A DNA stretch of 64,000 nt from Halobacteriovoraceae bacterium (GCA_963719505.1 CAVRCF010000005.1:576001-640000); one strand, 5' to 3'. Shown: positions 9,543-20,011, counted from the first letter of the stretch. Notes: generated by a model from the sequence alone, not told the origin. Translations and numbers: made by a program.

Positions 9543-10603
9543 AGTTTTTCGATTCTTTTCGTTAGAATAATCCTCTTATACAAACTTGGATCGTTCTGTT
9601 TATCTTCCTTTGAGAGTTCATAACTTGAGGTTTGAAACTTTTTAAAAGATGCCAGATTAAAATTAATGAAATAATTATCGAGAAGGAAAGCAAGGTATAA
9701 AGGTGAAACCTTCGCCTTTTCAAAAAGAATAAGACTATTTTCGAGTTCACCAAAACTACTTTTTAAAAGTGCGTTGATATCACTGTTAATCTCAAGCTTA
9801 ATAACTCCCTTTTTCGACAACCCTAACCTACTAACCAGAGACTGCTTATCTTGAAGGCCAATCCTTGGATCCATCTTAACCATGAGTTCAAGATCTTCAT
9901 CGAAACTCTCTGTCTCATCCAATAGATTGTTTAAATCAAGTATTTTTATCAGAAAGCAAATCGGCTTTTTAGACTTTGTCGCCTCCATTTTTAGATAATG
10001 TGAAGTTGCTGTACTAGAGTCAAAAGATTCAAGCTGTTCTTTGAGGTACTGACTCAAAGTAAAGTTCATTTTCAAAGAAAATCTTAAAGCTCGAAGGACA
10101 CGCACCGGATCTTTTGAAAAAGTAGCTCGATTGCACTCGACAAGACTCCTAGTCTCTAGATCATTTACGCCACCCATCGGATCGACAATAGACCACTTTT
10201 TCTCTTTATATAAAAAGAGAATGGCATTTATCGTAAAGTCTCTTCTTTTAAAGCCTTCGGTGTAATCTAGATCTTGGATAAACTCAACATCAAAATTAGA
10301 GTGTCCAGTTTGGCCATTAAAAATCTCCACTCTTGGCATTCCCATCTCAACAGAGAACTCTCCGAAAGAGACACTTAAAATATTATAATTTAAAAGCTTG
10401 GCGTTGTATTTATCCTGAATAAAAGAATAGAGCTCAGATGTGTCTGTCTTGTTTAATGGCCTTATTTCAACGTCAATATCCCTCGATATTTTTCCCGTGT
10501 GAAGGTAATCTCTACAAAAGCCACCAACGATTCCAACAGCAAAGTCTCTTGCAGTGATCTCATCAAATAGAGCTGTAATTTCTGAAGGAAGAGTTAAATT
10601 CAT
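9536..10603 (-). CDS. tRNA nucleotidyltransferase (CCA-adding)/poly(A) polymerase family
   Basis: VGGFCRD, DIDVE, RRDFTINA, DPVRVLRALRF. Confidence 0.88.
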   Translation of the reverse strand: MNLTLPSEITALFDEITARDFAVGIVGGFCRDYLHTGKISRDIDVEIRPLNKTDTSELYSFIQDKYNAKLLNYNILSVSFGEFSVEMGMPRVEIFNGQTGHSNFDVEFIQDLDYTEGFKRRDFTINAILFLYKEKKWSIVDPMGGVNDLETRSLVECNRATFSKDPVRVLRALRFSLKMNFTLSQYLKEQLESFDSSTATSHYLKMEATKSKKPICFLIKILDLNNLLDETESFDEDLELMVKMDPRIGLQDKQSLVSRLGLSKKGVIKLEINSDINALLKSSFGELENSLILFEKAKVSPLYLAFLLDNYFINFNLASFKKFQTSSYELSKEDKQNDPSLYKRIILTKRIEKLC

Positions 10604-10608
10604 ACCGA

Positions 10609-11514
10609 TTATTCTACATCAAGATGTTCAACTTCTTTTTGTAAGAAATCATAAACAGTTTTAATTTTCAAACTATCTTTATCATCGGAATGAAAAACAA
10701 AATGGAACTCCGAGGATTCAATGTCTGCTTGTTTACCAAAGGTTTCAATCGTCTTTCGAAAATGGGATCTTCTAAAAACGTGAGTTGGGACAACAGCAAT
10801 CCCTAGCCCATCATTAACGGCCTGAAGGACCTGTCCAAATGCGTTGACAACGATTCTTGGTTTTATATTTCTCGGTGCCTGACCGTACTTTGTTTTACAC
10901 CAATGATAAAAAAGTGGATCCCTCTCTTCAAAGAAGACCAAAGGGTAATCGCAAAGGGCTTTCATCTCTATAGACTCAGAAATCTTGTAGTCTTTATTTT
11001 TTGGAAAGACCAAAGTACAGCTTTCATTGTGAAGCACAAAGCTGTCTGAGTAGACGGGAACTAGTTTCTCGGGAACGATCATGATGTCGAGCTCAAAGCG
11101 ATCAAACAAAGCGATGAGCTTATCGGGAAAGTCCATTTTAATATCTATTGATACGTCAGGGTAAAGTTTGGACAGTTCCAGAAGTCTATTCGCGATCCAT
11201 GATTTCCCAATTCCAAAAAGGGTTCCCACTCTAATACTTCCCGAAATTTTGTTTTGATCTTGGAGAATGCCTGTGATGGCATCATCAAGTTTTTTAAGGT
11301 GAGTTTTCCCAAGCTTGGCCAGCCTCATTCCAGACGGAGTAAGAACGACTTTTTTTCCCTTTCTTGTTACAACGGGAAAACCAATCTTTGCTTCAATGGC
11401 CTTAAGGTTTTGGGATACAGCGGACTGGGTAATACCAAGAGATTCAGCTGCCTCTGATAAATTGGTAGCCTGACTGAGAGCAACTAGTACTTGTAACTGT
11501 CCTGACTCAATCAT
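10609..11514 (-). CDS. LysR-family transcriptional regulator
   Basis: HTH LSEAAESLGITQSAVSQNLKAIE, LTPSG, substrate-binding domain with GLGIAVVP. Confidence 0.93.
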   Translation of the reverse strand: MIESGQLQVLVALSQATNLSEAAESLGITQSAVSQNLKAIEAKIGFPVVTRKGKKVVLTPSGMRLAKLGKTHLKKLDDAITGILQDQNKISGSIRVGTLFGIGKSWIANRLLELSKLYPDVSIDIKMDFPDKLIALFDRFELDIMIVPEKLVPVYSDSFVLHNESCTLVFPKNKDYKISESIEMKALCDYPLVFFEERDPLFYHWCKTKYGQAPRNIKPRIVVNAFGQVLQAVNDGLGIAVVPTHVFRRSHFRKTIETFGKQADIESSEFHFVFHSDDKDSLKIKTVYDFLQKEVEHLDVE

Positions 11515-11520
11515 TAAAAC

Positions 11521-12036
11521 CTACCTTATACTAATAATATCACATTCTAACTTAATCTTCTTTCTTCCAGGGAGATTATATTTTAGAGATATCTTTTTAG
11601 GAGATTTATAGATGGTTCTCCCTCTTCTGTCGACATAAGATACCTGAGGATCAATATTATCTTTGGCTTCAATTCGAACGATTGATTGCTTGTCCCCAAG
11701 AATTTTCTGCTCTTTCATCCCTCTGGAGTCATCTTGAATTCTCAAAAGTGTTAAATAGTAGTCAGCCCCAATAACTTCGCTAGTGGCGTCTCTATATTCC
11801 TCACCTAGGCTTAGGTTTAAAAGGTAGATGGCTTGGCTATCTAGTGCCATTTTTGGCTTAACGGCAAATGATTGGGTGGTATTTTCTGATAAAGTCACAA
11901 GGTTTAAAACTGTTCTTTGCGCCCTTCCAGCTCTTGAACTTTCTTCAAGTTTACAGGTTGTCGTAACTTCTGGGGCCTTGGCGAAAGTCAGTACGCTTGA
12001 TAGACATAGAATGTAGATAAGTAGCTGTTTATTCAT
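11521..12036 (-). CDS. Secreted hypothetical protein
   Basis: GGAG RBS before ATG 12036; signal peptide MNKQLLIYILCLSSVLTFA. Confidence 0.65.
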   Translation of the reverse strand: MNKQLLIYILCLSSVLTFAKAPEVTTTCKLEESSRAGRAQRTVLNLVTLSENTTQSFAVKPKMALDSQAIYLLNLSLGEEYRDATSEVIGADYYLTLLRIQDDSRGMKEQKILGDKQSIVRIEAKDNIDPQVSYVDRRGRTIYKSPKKISLKYNLPGRKKIKLECDIISIR

Positions 12037-12147
12037 AATTTTTCTCTCCAGATATAGGATCATTTTATCAAGAGAATAGAATTGAATATAGTCGAGTTGG
12101 TAAATTTTCAAGGGGGTGTCTAAAAGTTAAACACTAATAAGGAGTTG

Positions 12148-12924
12148 CTAATCAATTCCTTTTTCATAAAGCTCTCTAATTTCGTCTTGTGACAGTGTCC
12201 TTCTCCAAATTCCTAAAGCTGCTATCTGCCCTTGGAAAACACTTCCTCCATCAATTCTAGAACAAATAGAAAAAGTATTATTAGAAGGACCTTGAGCAGA
12301 GCCAGATAAACTATCAGCAAATATATAATTTCCATCGGAATAAACGTCTACTTGATTATAGTCGTAAACATTAACCGATATATGGACCCAATTGTTATTC
12401 TGAAGGTTGGCAACCGATTCTATTACAACATTAGTCATAGTACTCATATCTTGGGAAAACCTAAGATCATGAATTCCATCACCGTTGGATACAGGTCCCA
12501 GATCAATATAGCCGTTACTAAATCCTATTATGGTTCCTATAGTTGCAATTTCAAAAGTTGATTGTTTTACAAAGAAAGAAATATTGTAGTTTTCATTCAA
12601 ACCCAGCGAAAAAGAGCTCGTCGATAAAAGATTTTGACCTGACTCAATGGAGGCAGAAGTGCAATCAACAGCGCTTCCAAAAGGCGCTGTCACAATAGAG
12701 ATCCCTCCTGCCGTACTGTCATCTAGTACATAGCCTCCAAAGAGACTATTTTTATTTGAACCTTGTGGACCATTAAAATTGAAATACATTTCAATCTGCT
12801 CTGTTAAAGAGCTATCTTTACCTCTGTCATTACTTAAAGCTGGGTCAACTTTCGCTTTCACTCCTGTCACAACCTCAATAACATTACAGGAAACAAATAA
12901 AAAAAGAATTAAGATATATTTCAT
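12148..12924 (-). CDS. LamG/concanavalin-A-like jelly-roll lipoprotein
   Basis: Lipobox FVSC; NNWVHISV, VYSDG, FQGQIAALGIWRRTLSQDEIRELY. Confidence 0.8.
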   Translation of the reverse strand: MKYILILFLFVSCNVIEVVTGVKAKVDPALSNDRGKDSSLTEQIEMYFNFNGPQGSNKNSLFGGYVLDDSTAGGISIVTAPFGSAVDCTSASIESGQNLLSTSSFSLGLNENYNISFFVKQSTFEIATIGTIIGFSNGYIDLGPVSNGDGIHDLRFSQDMSTMTNVVIESVANLQNNNWVHISVNVYDYNQVDVYSDGNYIFADSLSGSAQGPSNNTFSICSRIDGGSVFQGQIAALGIWRRTLSQDEIRELYEKGID

Positions 12925-12959
12925 AAGCAAATCCTAGCAGAGCTCAAACTTGCGGGCAA

Positions 12960-12988
12960 TAAAAAAGCCCCGAAAAATCGGGGCTTCT
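12960..12988 (-). terminator. Intrinsic terminator downstream of fusA
   Basis: AAGCCCCGA/TCGGGGCTT stem followed by a T-run on the minus strand. Confidence 0.85.
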
Positions 12989-13014
12989 CTATAAACTTAA
13001 ATAAATTTTTAATC

Positions 13015-15196
13015 CTAATCGTCGTTAGCAAGCTTCTCTTGACGAGCTTTGATAACGTCAGCTTGGATATTAGCTGGACAATCTTTGTATTCAGCAAATT
13101 CCATAGAATAAGATGCTTTACCAGCTGAACCAGAACGTAGATCAGTTGAGTAACCAAACATTTCAGATAAGTGGAACCTGAGCATTAACGACAGTTTCAC
13201 CACCGGAGTTGCTTCAGTACCTTGGATTAATACCACGTCTTGAAGATAAATCTCCAATAACAAAACCTTGGAACTCATCTGGAGTTTCAACTTGAACTTG
13301 CATAAATGGCTCAAGAAGAACTGGACGTCTGCTTTCCAATAGCTTGTCTCATCGCTTGACGAGAAGCAATTCTAAAGGCCATATCACGATGAATCGACAT
13401 CATGATACTTACCGTCGTTAAGATCTACTTCAACATCAATAAGTGGGAACGCTGCAAGAGGTCCTTTATCCATAACGTCTTCAAAACCTTTCTCACATGC
13501 TCCAATAAATTCAGAAGGAATCGATCCCCCTTTAATATTGTTTTTGAATGAAAAGTTTTGATCTTCTTTCTCTTTTCTCTCTGCAGTAAGTGGACGTAGA
13601 TCACACCAACAACCTGACCAAATTGTCCAGATCCACCTGTTTGCTTCTTATGAGTATAATCAAAAGCAGCTTCGTTGGCGAATTGTCTCTCTGTAGTTAA
13701 CTTGTGGAGCACCAACTTCTACGTCAGCTTTATACTCTCTTTTAAGTCTTTCTACATAGATCTCAAGGTGAAGCTCACCCATACCAGCGATTCTTGTTTC
13801 TCCTGACTCTTCATCTGTAAAAACGTGGAATGTTGGATCTTCTTTTCTAAATCTTGCAAGACCTTTAGACATTCTTGCTTGCATATCTTTATCTTTTGCT
13901 CTAATTGAAAGCTCGATAACTGGAATAGGAATATGCATTCCCTCACATGAAATATTTAAAGATCATCATCGTTGCAACAAATGTATCACCAGAAGCACAG
14001 TCAATACCAACCATAGCGATGATATCTCCAGCTCCAGCGGCATCGATATTTTCTCTGTCGTTAGAGTTCATTCTAACCATTCTACCAATACGAACTTTTT
14101 TCTTTCCAGTTCTAGTATTCCAAATTGAGTCACCTTTTGTAAGTGTCCCTTGGTAAATTCTTGTATAAGTTAACTGTCCAAATTGCTCATCAGTAATTTT
14201 AAATGCCATACAAACAAGTGGCTTTGCAAAATCTGGCTCAAGAGTAATTTTATCTTCAGTTCCATCTTTAGTTTCTTTCTTAGCCCAGTGGTTTAGCACA
14301 TGAAAGTGGAGAAGGAAGGTATCTTGCAACAGCGTTTAAGAAGTGACTGAACACCTTTGTTTTTAAATGCTGATCCCATAAGAACAGGAGTAAGCTCAAG
14401 AGAGTTAACACCAGTTTCTAATACATTTGTGAAGCTCTTCTTCAGTTGGCTCATTACCTTCAAGGTATTTCTCCATGATTTCGTCGTCAAAAGCAGCAAC
14501 TTCATCAATCATGATCGCTCTTTTCTCTTCCATTAATTCAACTAAGATCAGCTGGACATCTCTTCACGTCTAACGATTTCACCGTTGTCTCCATCAAAGT
14601 AATAAGCTTTTTTAGTGATAAGATCAACAACACCGTTAAAATTTTCTTCAGCACCAATAGGTATTTGAATAAGAACAGCATTGTGGTTAAGTTTTTCACG
14701 AAGCTCTTTAGCTCCTTTTTCAGCTCCTGCACCCATACGATCCATTTTGTTTAGGAACGCAAGTCTTGGAACATTATATCTTTTCATCTGTCTGTCAACT
14801 GTAATTGACTGAGCTTGAACACCTGATACTGAACAAAGAACAAGAACTGCACCATCAAGAACTCTTAGAGATCTCTCAACTTCAACTGTAAAGTCAACGT
14901 GGCCTGGAGTATCGATAATGTTAATCTTGATTGATTTCCCATCACCTTCAGCGAAAGTGATTCCTTCTTTATCGATATCCTTGCCAGTTAACAGTCGTCG
15001 CTGCAGAAGTAATCGTAATACCTTTTTCTTTTTCAAGTTCCATGTGGTCCATTGTTGCACCAGCACCACCACCACGAACATCTTCAATTTTGTGAATCAT
15101 GTCGCAGTAAAAAAGGATTCGTTCTGTAAGTGTTGTTTTTCCTGAGTCAATATGGGCTGAAATCCCAATATTTCTCGTTTTAGGTAAGTTTTTCAT
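13015..15196 (-). pseudogene. fusA: Elongation factor G, split by at least 7 frameshifts (probably sequencing errors)
   Basis: Consecutive fragments carry [69 protein letters not shown] and [10 protein letters not shown] in the correct order. Confidence 0.95.
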
Positions 15197-15342
15197 TTTA
15201 CTCCAAAACTCATAAATGAGAAGTTTATATTGATGATAATTCAATCTTGAATGTTTAAAAAATCAGCGTAAGTTTAGGTAAAAAATCAAATAGAGTCAAT
15301 TTTTAGTTGCAAAATTCTAGATATTTATCGTATAAATGCTTC

Positions 15343-15981
15343 ATGTCAAAAAACGATTTACCAAAAGAAACTCTTTACGAGGGCGTAAAAACTTTAATTG
15401 AGTCTGAAGCCCCACATATCCACCTCTCACAGCAGAAACTTTACACTCTTTTTAGTGTGGCATTCAATTATCTACTGTTTAGATCAACAAAAGAGGCCGG
15501 GCATTACATAATCCGAGTCGAAGATAGCTATTTACTTGAAAAGTTACAAAGAAAGTCAAAAGACACTACAACGCGTGGCTTTTTACAAAAGTTAGCTCTT
15601 CCTAGAAGGTTTAAGTACGGAAATTCAATGTTCCATTTAGATTTCTTTAATTTCTCAACTTGGGCCAACACCAACGAGTTACCAAAAGAAAAAATAAAGG
15701 CCGCTCTCATTGTTAAAAATGCCTCTAAAAAGCCTATTGGCTTCGAAATCAATGACGATGAGGATGAACAGACAAAAGCTCTTCTAGCAAGTCTTCCTGA
15801 CGATTTCTATATGAGCTCCCTTGCAGAGTTCGTTCCAAAGACAATAACTATTGCCTTTGATGAAACTCTTGAGAAAGCTACTGAAATAAAGTTTCCCTTC
15901 ATTATTGAAGAGCCTAAAGAGAAAACTGTTAGCGGTGTGAAGATATCATCAGAAGTGTCATTTGATGATTTAGAAGATTAA
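15343..15981 (+). CDS. Hypothetical protein
   Basis: Uninterrupted ORF with ATG 15343 directly after a TTGCAA-N18-TATAAA promoter-like motif. Confidence 0.7.
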   Translation: MSKNDLPKETLYEGVKTLIESEAPHIHLSQQKLYTLFSVAFNYLLFRSTKEAGHYIIRVEDSYLLEKLQRKSKDTTTRGFLQKLALPRRFKYGNSMFHLDFFNFSTWANTNELPKEKIKAALIVKNASKKPIGFEINDDEDEQTKALLASLPDDFYMSSLAEFVPKTITIAFDETLEKATEIKFPFIIEEPKEKTVSGVKISSEVSFDDLED

Positions 15982-17273
15982 GGGGCTGCCATCTTTTTCA
16001 ATAAGTAAGTCTCACCTTGAGTGAACTCAAGACTTTGACCATCTTTAGTAAATTTTAATTTTACCTTTGCTGCTGGATATTCAAACACTTTTTCAGAGGT
16101 GGCATCAAATGGTATCGCTGGTTGACCGGGGACCTGACCAAAAAGTAATTTATCTTTGACTAAGAAAGAGATAACGATAGGTGGCTTATCTGAAGCGTAC
16201 CTTCCAACATATTTATTTAAAATATCACTTGGTATATAAAGCTCTTCCTTAAACTTAACTACTTCTAATTTCTTATTATAAAAATAATTCATTGCCGCCA
16301 AGGAGAGATCATTAAATTCAATTGAAAGGGCATTTGTGAAAACTGCGAGAGTAATATCATCTTTGGGGAAGTAAGCAATGATAGACCTAAAGTTATCTAT
16401 TCCACCAGTATGAGCAAAACCATTTTGATCCGCATAGGGCACGGTAAAGAGACCAAATCCATAACCTTCCACTTGCTTCTTCATTAAAGTCATCATTTTT
16501 TTTGATAAAACTTTACCTTTCATCAATGAGCGAAGAAAAATTGAAACTTCTTTTGGAGTTGATGCTAATGCTCCTGCACCTGTTGTCACTGATGAGTCAG
16601 TGTTAACGCCGACAACCCACTTAGCTTCCTTTGTATAACTAGATACCTCAGAACTTAGAGGTGAACCTTTTTTAAAAATATAAGTCTTTTTTAATCCAAG
16701 CGGTTTAGTGATATATTTTTTTAAAAGCTCACTATAAGACTCTCCAGAGACATCCTCCGCGATATATGTTAAAAGAGAATAACCTGTATTAGAATAAGAA
16801 TACTTTTCACCTGGCCTGAATTCTTGTTTAAGGCCTCTAAATTTTTGAAGTTGTGTTTCTCTACTTATCTTCTTATCAAAATATGAGTAATAATCTTTAG
16901 AGTTGGTGAAGTTCTCTAATCCAGATCGATGTCTTAATAGATGTATTATTGTTATTTCCTCGCCTTTTTTGAAGCCTTTAAAAAATTTTGAAAGAGTTGA
17001 ATCAAGAGATAGTTTATTTTGCTCTACCAATTTCAATATAATGGTCGCCGTATAGATCTTTGTTATAGAGCCTATTCGATATATTGGCTCGGAAGGAGTT
17101 TTCATAAACCCAAAGTTTTTGTAAAAAAACTGATCCTCTCCTTGCGAAATAAGAATTGATCCCATCCCTCGCTTAGAACCACCTATATTATCAAGATATT
17201 TTCCAAGATCTCCATGCTTACCATGCAGTATATTTGCAAAACTTATATTATATAAACCTATAAATAAAAACAT
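15978..17273 (-). CDS. Serine hydrolase (class C beta-lactamase/D-Ala peptidase family) with C-terminal DUF3471-like domain
   Basis: SxxK (IGSITK), LLRHRSG, YSNTGY, HTGG; C-terminal KYVGRY. Confidence 0.88.
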   Translation of the reverse strand: MFLFIGLYNISFANILHGKHGDLGKYLDNIGGSKRGMGSILISQGEDQFFYKNFGFMKTPSEPIYRIGSITKIYTATIILKLVEQNKLSLDSTLSKFFKGFKKGEEITIIHLLRHRSGLENFTNSKDYYSYFDKKISRETQLQKFRGLKQEFRPGEKYSYSNTGYSLLTYIAEDVSGESYSELLKKYITKPLGLKKTYIFKKGSPLSSEVSSYTKEAKWVVGVNTDSSVTTGAGALASTPKEVSIFLRSLMKGKVLSKKMMTLMKKQVEGYGFGLFTVPYADQNGFAHTGGIDNFRSIIAYFPKDDITLAVFTNALSIEFNDLSLAAMNYFYNKKLEVVKFKEELYIPSDILNKYVGRYASDKPPIVISFLVKDKLLFGQVPGQPAIPFDATSEKVFEYPAAKVKLKFTKDGQSLEFTQGETYLLKKMAAP

Positions 17274-17275
17274 TT

Positions 17276-17977
17276 TCAACACGTTAATAATCCTTGAATT
17301 TTTTTTGTTATTTGATTTGAAGTTAGCGCTAACCCACAAGCAGGGCTCTCAAAATCATGGTCTGTCTTTAATTGTCCTGTCAGCATTGTTTTGACGCCTG
17401 TTCTGGTATCAATATTACCGAAAAAAAGGTCTTTTTTAATTCTTCTCAAAAGTTCAATATCCTCAATATCTATCATTGAAGAATCAAAACTAATATTTGG
17501 AAAATAACTTAGATCGAGCATCTTCCAGTCCACTTTTGCACAACAGTGAATACCTCTTTCCACCTCGAACTCCCTATAGATCTCCCACAAAGAGTTATCC
17601 AAATCTCTAAGATCTGGCTCATCGAAAAACAAAATATATTCATTAGGGATTCTCTTCAAAAACCTCTTAACGACTAGAAGATACCAATGTTTAAAAGCAT
17701 CTTTTTCAAAGTCTTTTGTTGAATTATTATAAAGAGTTTGAATACCGCAAACCTGAACTTTAATTTTACCTTTGAATCTTTCTATAAATTGATTGAAGCA
17801 AGAAAACGGAAGTTCGTGATCTGATTTCATAAAACCGGAACTAAACTGATTGATCATCCATTCATTATCATAAAGTTTAGGGATTGTGGGCAAAGCGGGT
17901 AACGTGAGACCTTCGTTAAAAGCAATCGCTTCTTCAATAGAAAGGTAAGGCAGAGAACCTATATGGGTCGTTTTCAA
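17276..17977 (-). CDS. Short cobalamin-independent methionine synthase (MetE catalytic core)-like protein
   Basis: TTHIGSLP, FFDEP, GIHCC, ISFD, SPACGLA. Confidence 0.7.
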   Translation of the reverse strand: MKTTHIGSLPYLSIEEAIAFNEGLTLPALPTIPKLYDNEWMINQFSSGFMKSDHELPFSCFNQFIERFKGKIKVQVCGIQTLYNNSTKDFEKDAFKHWYLLVVKRFLKRIPNEYILFFDEPDLRDLDNSLWEIYREFEVERGIHCCAKVDWKMLDLSYFPNISFDSSMIDIEDIELLRRIKKDLFFGNIDTRTGVKTMLTGQLKTDHDFESPACGLALTSNQITKKIQGLLTC

Positions 17978-19095
17978 AATTTTGCAAGTCGATCAAAAAT
18001 CGATTCTAACTTACTTAAAATATCGTCCTGGTGTTTATGATCTTCAAAACCAAAAGAGAGCCTAATAAACTTGTCTTCAAATTCTTCAAGCCCCAAAGAT
18101 TTCAAACTTTGAGTTTCTGTTTGATTACCAGATGAGCATGCTGAGCCATAGCTCACATCCACTCCCCCTAGATCAAATTGTATAAGACACATATCTGACT
18201 TTATATTTTTAAAGATAAATCCGATCGTATTTGAAGCTATTTCTAATTGAGAAGAAATAACGAGCCCTTTATCTTTTAATTTCAACTTAAATAAATCTAT
18301 AATCTTAGATCTCAAAATTGCATTCTTATCGAGGTCTACCTTCTCAGTCAATTCCCTCAGTGCAAGTTGAATAGAGTATGTGCCAAGTGTATTCTCTGTC
18401 CCAGAGCGCATAGACCCCTGCTGGCCACCACCTAAGATAATTGAGTTCAGAGGAAAGTCTTGAGCGATAAAGCTAAAACCTATTCCCTTAAGAGCCCCAA
18501 ATTTATGTCCGGAAAAACTTATAAAATCACAAGCTTCATGCAAGACCTTCCAATCTTTAATCTTTCCAGGTGATTGAACAGCATCAACATGAATAAAAAC
18601 ATCTTCTTTTTTAAAAGAAGCTATTTTTTTGAGATCGTTAACAATTCCAGTTTCATTATTCACCCAAGTAAAATTTAAGTACACTCTCTTTGATGTCTTT
18701 GAGAGAAGCTCCTTTAAGGAATCGTAGTTAAACTCACCATTTTTTGAGTTCACAAGTTCAACAACTTCCCCACCATGAATCATGTGGTTTTTAGCGATAT
18801 ACCCCACTGCTGGATGATCAGAGGAGCTAAAAACAAAAAGATCATCAGTGGAAATATTAAAGAATGTATTAAGAGCTTCAGTCGCACCAGAGTGAAAAAG
18901 TACGAGGTGGTCATTTAAAGAGAATAAGTTTTTTAAATAAGTCGTCGTCTCTCGAACTAACTTTTTAGCGGCTTTTCCACTTGAGTGGACGCTTGAAGGA
19001 TTAGCAAAAGACAAATCCCCACTAGAGAAAAGGTCTATGACCGATTCCGCTAGTGGGGATGTAGAATTGTGATCTAAATATAATCTCGTATTCAA
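17974..19095 (-). CDS. iscS: Cysteine desulfurase (IscS/NifS type)
   Basis: YLDHNSTSP, SGATEA, NNETG, HVDAVQ, SGHKF (PLP Lys), RSGTEN, GSACSS (catalytic Cys). Confidence 0.92.
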   Translation of the reverse strand: MNTRLYLDHNSTSPLAESVIDLFSSGDLSFANPSSVHSSGKAAKKLVRETTTYLKNLFSLNDHLVLFHSGATEALNTFFNISTDDLFVFSSSDHPAVGYIAKNHMIHGGEVVELVNSKNGEFNYDSLKELLSKTSKRVYLNFTWVNNETGIVNDLKKIASFKKEDVFIHVDAVQSPGKIKDWKVLHEACDFISFSGHKFGALKGIGFSFIAQDFPLNSIILGGGQQGSMRSGTENTLGTYSIQLALRELTEKVDLDKNAILRSKIIDLFKLKLKDKGLVISSQLEIASNTIGFIFKNIKSDMCLIQFDLGGVDVSYGSACSSGNQTETQSLKSLGLEEFEDKFIRLSFGFEDHKHQDDILSKLESIFDRLAKF

Positions 19096-19123
19096 ACCAA
19101 GATATTCTAATGGCTAGTTAATC

Positions 19124-19702
19124 TTATTGATTAACTTCACCAATATTTGGTCTGATCACAGAAGAGATTTCATTATTGATAGCAGTCTCAGCAGGGTTAG
19201 CTGCTGCGGTCGCACCAAATGTATTCGCTTCTGGAGCATTGTTATTAATTTCTCTAGATTTTCTTTGTAGGTCACCTAAAGTTGTTGTTGTTAAGTATTC
19301 TTGCATTAAGATACCTAAGTTTTCGAAGAAGTTTCTTGTTAAAGAAAACTCAGTAGTCGTTACTTTTGTTGTACTACCATCTTCGTTACTCTTAGAATCT
19401 ACACCGCTTGAAGGATTTCCAGAGATATCTTTAGCTGGGTTGATATTTTCACCAACACACTCAAGAATATCTTTGATTGTGATTTCGTCCATAGATCTAG
19501 CTAGAACATAACCACCACCTGGTCCTCTTACAGACTTAACAGCTCTTCCAGTTCTTAACTTTCTGAAAAGTTGCTCTAGATAATGTAGGGAAATTGATTG
19601 TCTGTTAGAAATTTCTTGTAATCTAACAGGGTTTCCATTTGAATTGAAAGTTAGGTCAAGCATTGCCCTAACTGCATAACGGCCTTTTGATGTTAATCTC
19701 AT
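19124..19702 (-). CDS. Rrf2-family regulator (IscR/CymR-like) lacking the Cys triad
   Basis: MRLTSKGRYAVRAMLDL, ISLHYLEQLFRKL, SVRGPGGGY; GGAGG RBS; upstream of iscS. Confidence 0.9.
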   Translation of the reverse strand: MRLTSKGRYAVRAMLDLTFNSNGNPVRLQEISNRQSISLHYLEQLFRKLRTGRAVKSVRGPGGGYVLARSMDEITIKDILECVGENINPAKDISGNPSSGVDSKSNEDGSTTKVTTTEFSLTRNFFENLGILMQEYLTTTTLGDLQRKSREINNNAPEANTFGATAAANPAETAINNEISSVIRPNIGEVNQ

Positions 19703-19948
19703 TTGTCATCCTCCATAATAATATTAAACAAGTTTGTCGCATTTTTTTCGAAGATATAAATTCAATCCTTGATCTTCGAAGAGCATTTAACTGAGCAATT
19801 GATTCAGTCAAATAACTCTCATTTAAAGTATCACCTTTTTGATGTTCGAGAGTCAACTATTAATTGCTTAACTTTATCTAAAAGAAACTAACATTGAATT
19901 ACATCTATAAGTAACTGTTTTAAAAGGGAATGTGCATGGTTCCATTTG

Positions 19949-19999
19949 ATACCAGACTGAGACTATCGGCATTTATTACCGATAATGTTGGTCAGTCTT
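19949..19999. promoter_or_regulatory. Two IscR type-1-like operator boxes in inverted orientation
   Basis: ATACCAGACTGAGACTATCGGCATT (+) and AAGACTGACCAACATTATCGGTAAT (-) resemble the IscR type-1 motif; they lie upstream of the Rrf2 gene. Confidence 0.5.
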
Positions 20000-20011
20000 T
20001 TTTAAACTAAA

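Noticed and set aside
13015-15196. Programmed frameshifting or intron/intein in fusA
   Set aside because: Too many scattered indels, no consistent slippery site, and the total length is about that of a normal EF-G gene.
15978-17273. Antibiotic-resistance beta-lactamase
   Set aside because: SxxK/YxN motifs are shared across the serine hydrolase family; HTG and the C-terminal domain fit a peptidase at least as well.
19668-19856. 62-aa ORF upstream of the Rrf2 gene
   Set aside because: No RBS or recognisable motif, and it overlaps the Rrf2 start out of frame.
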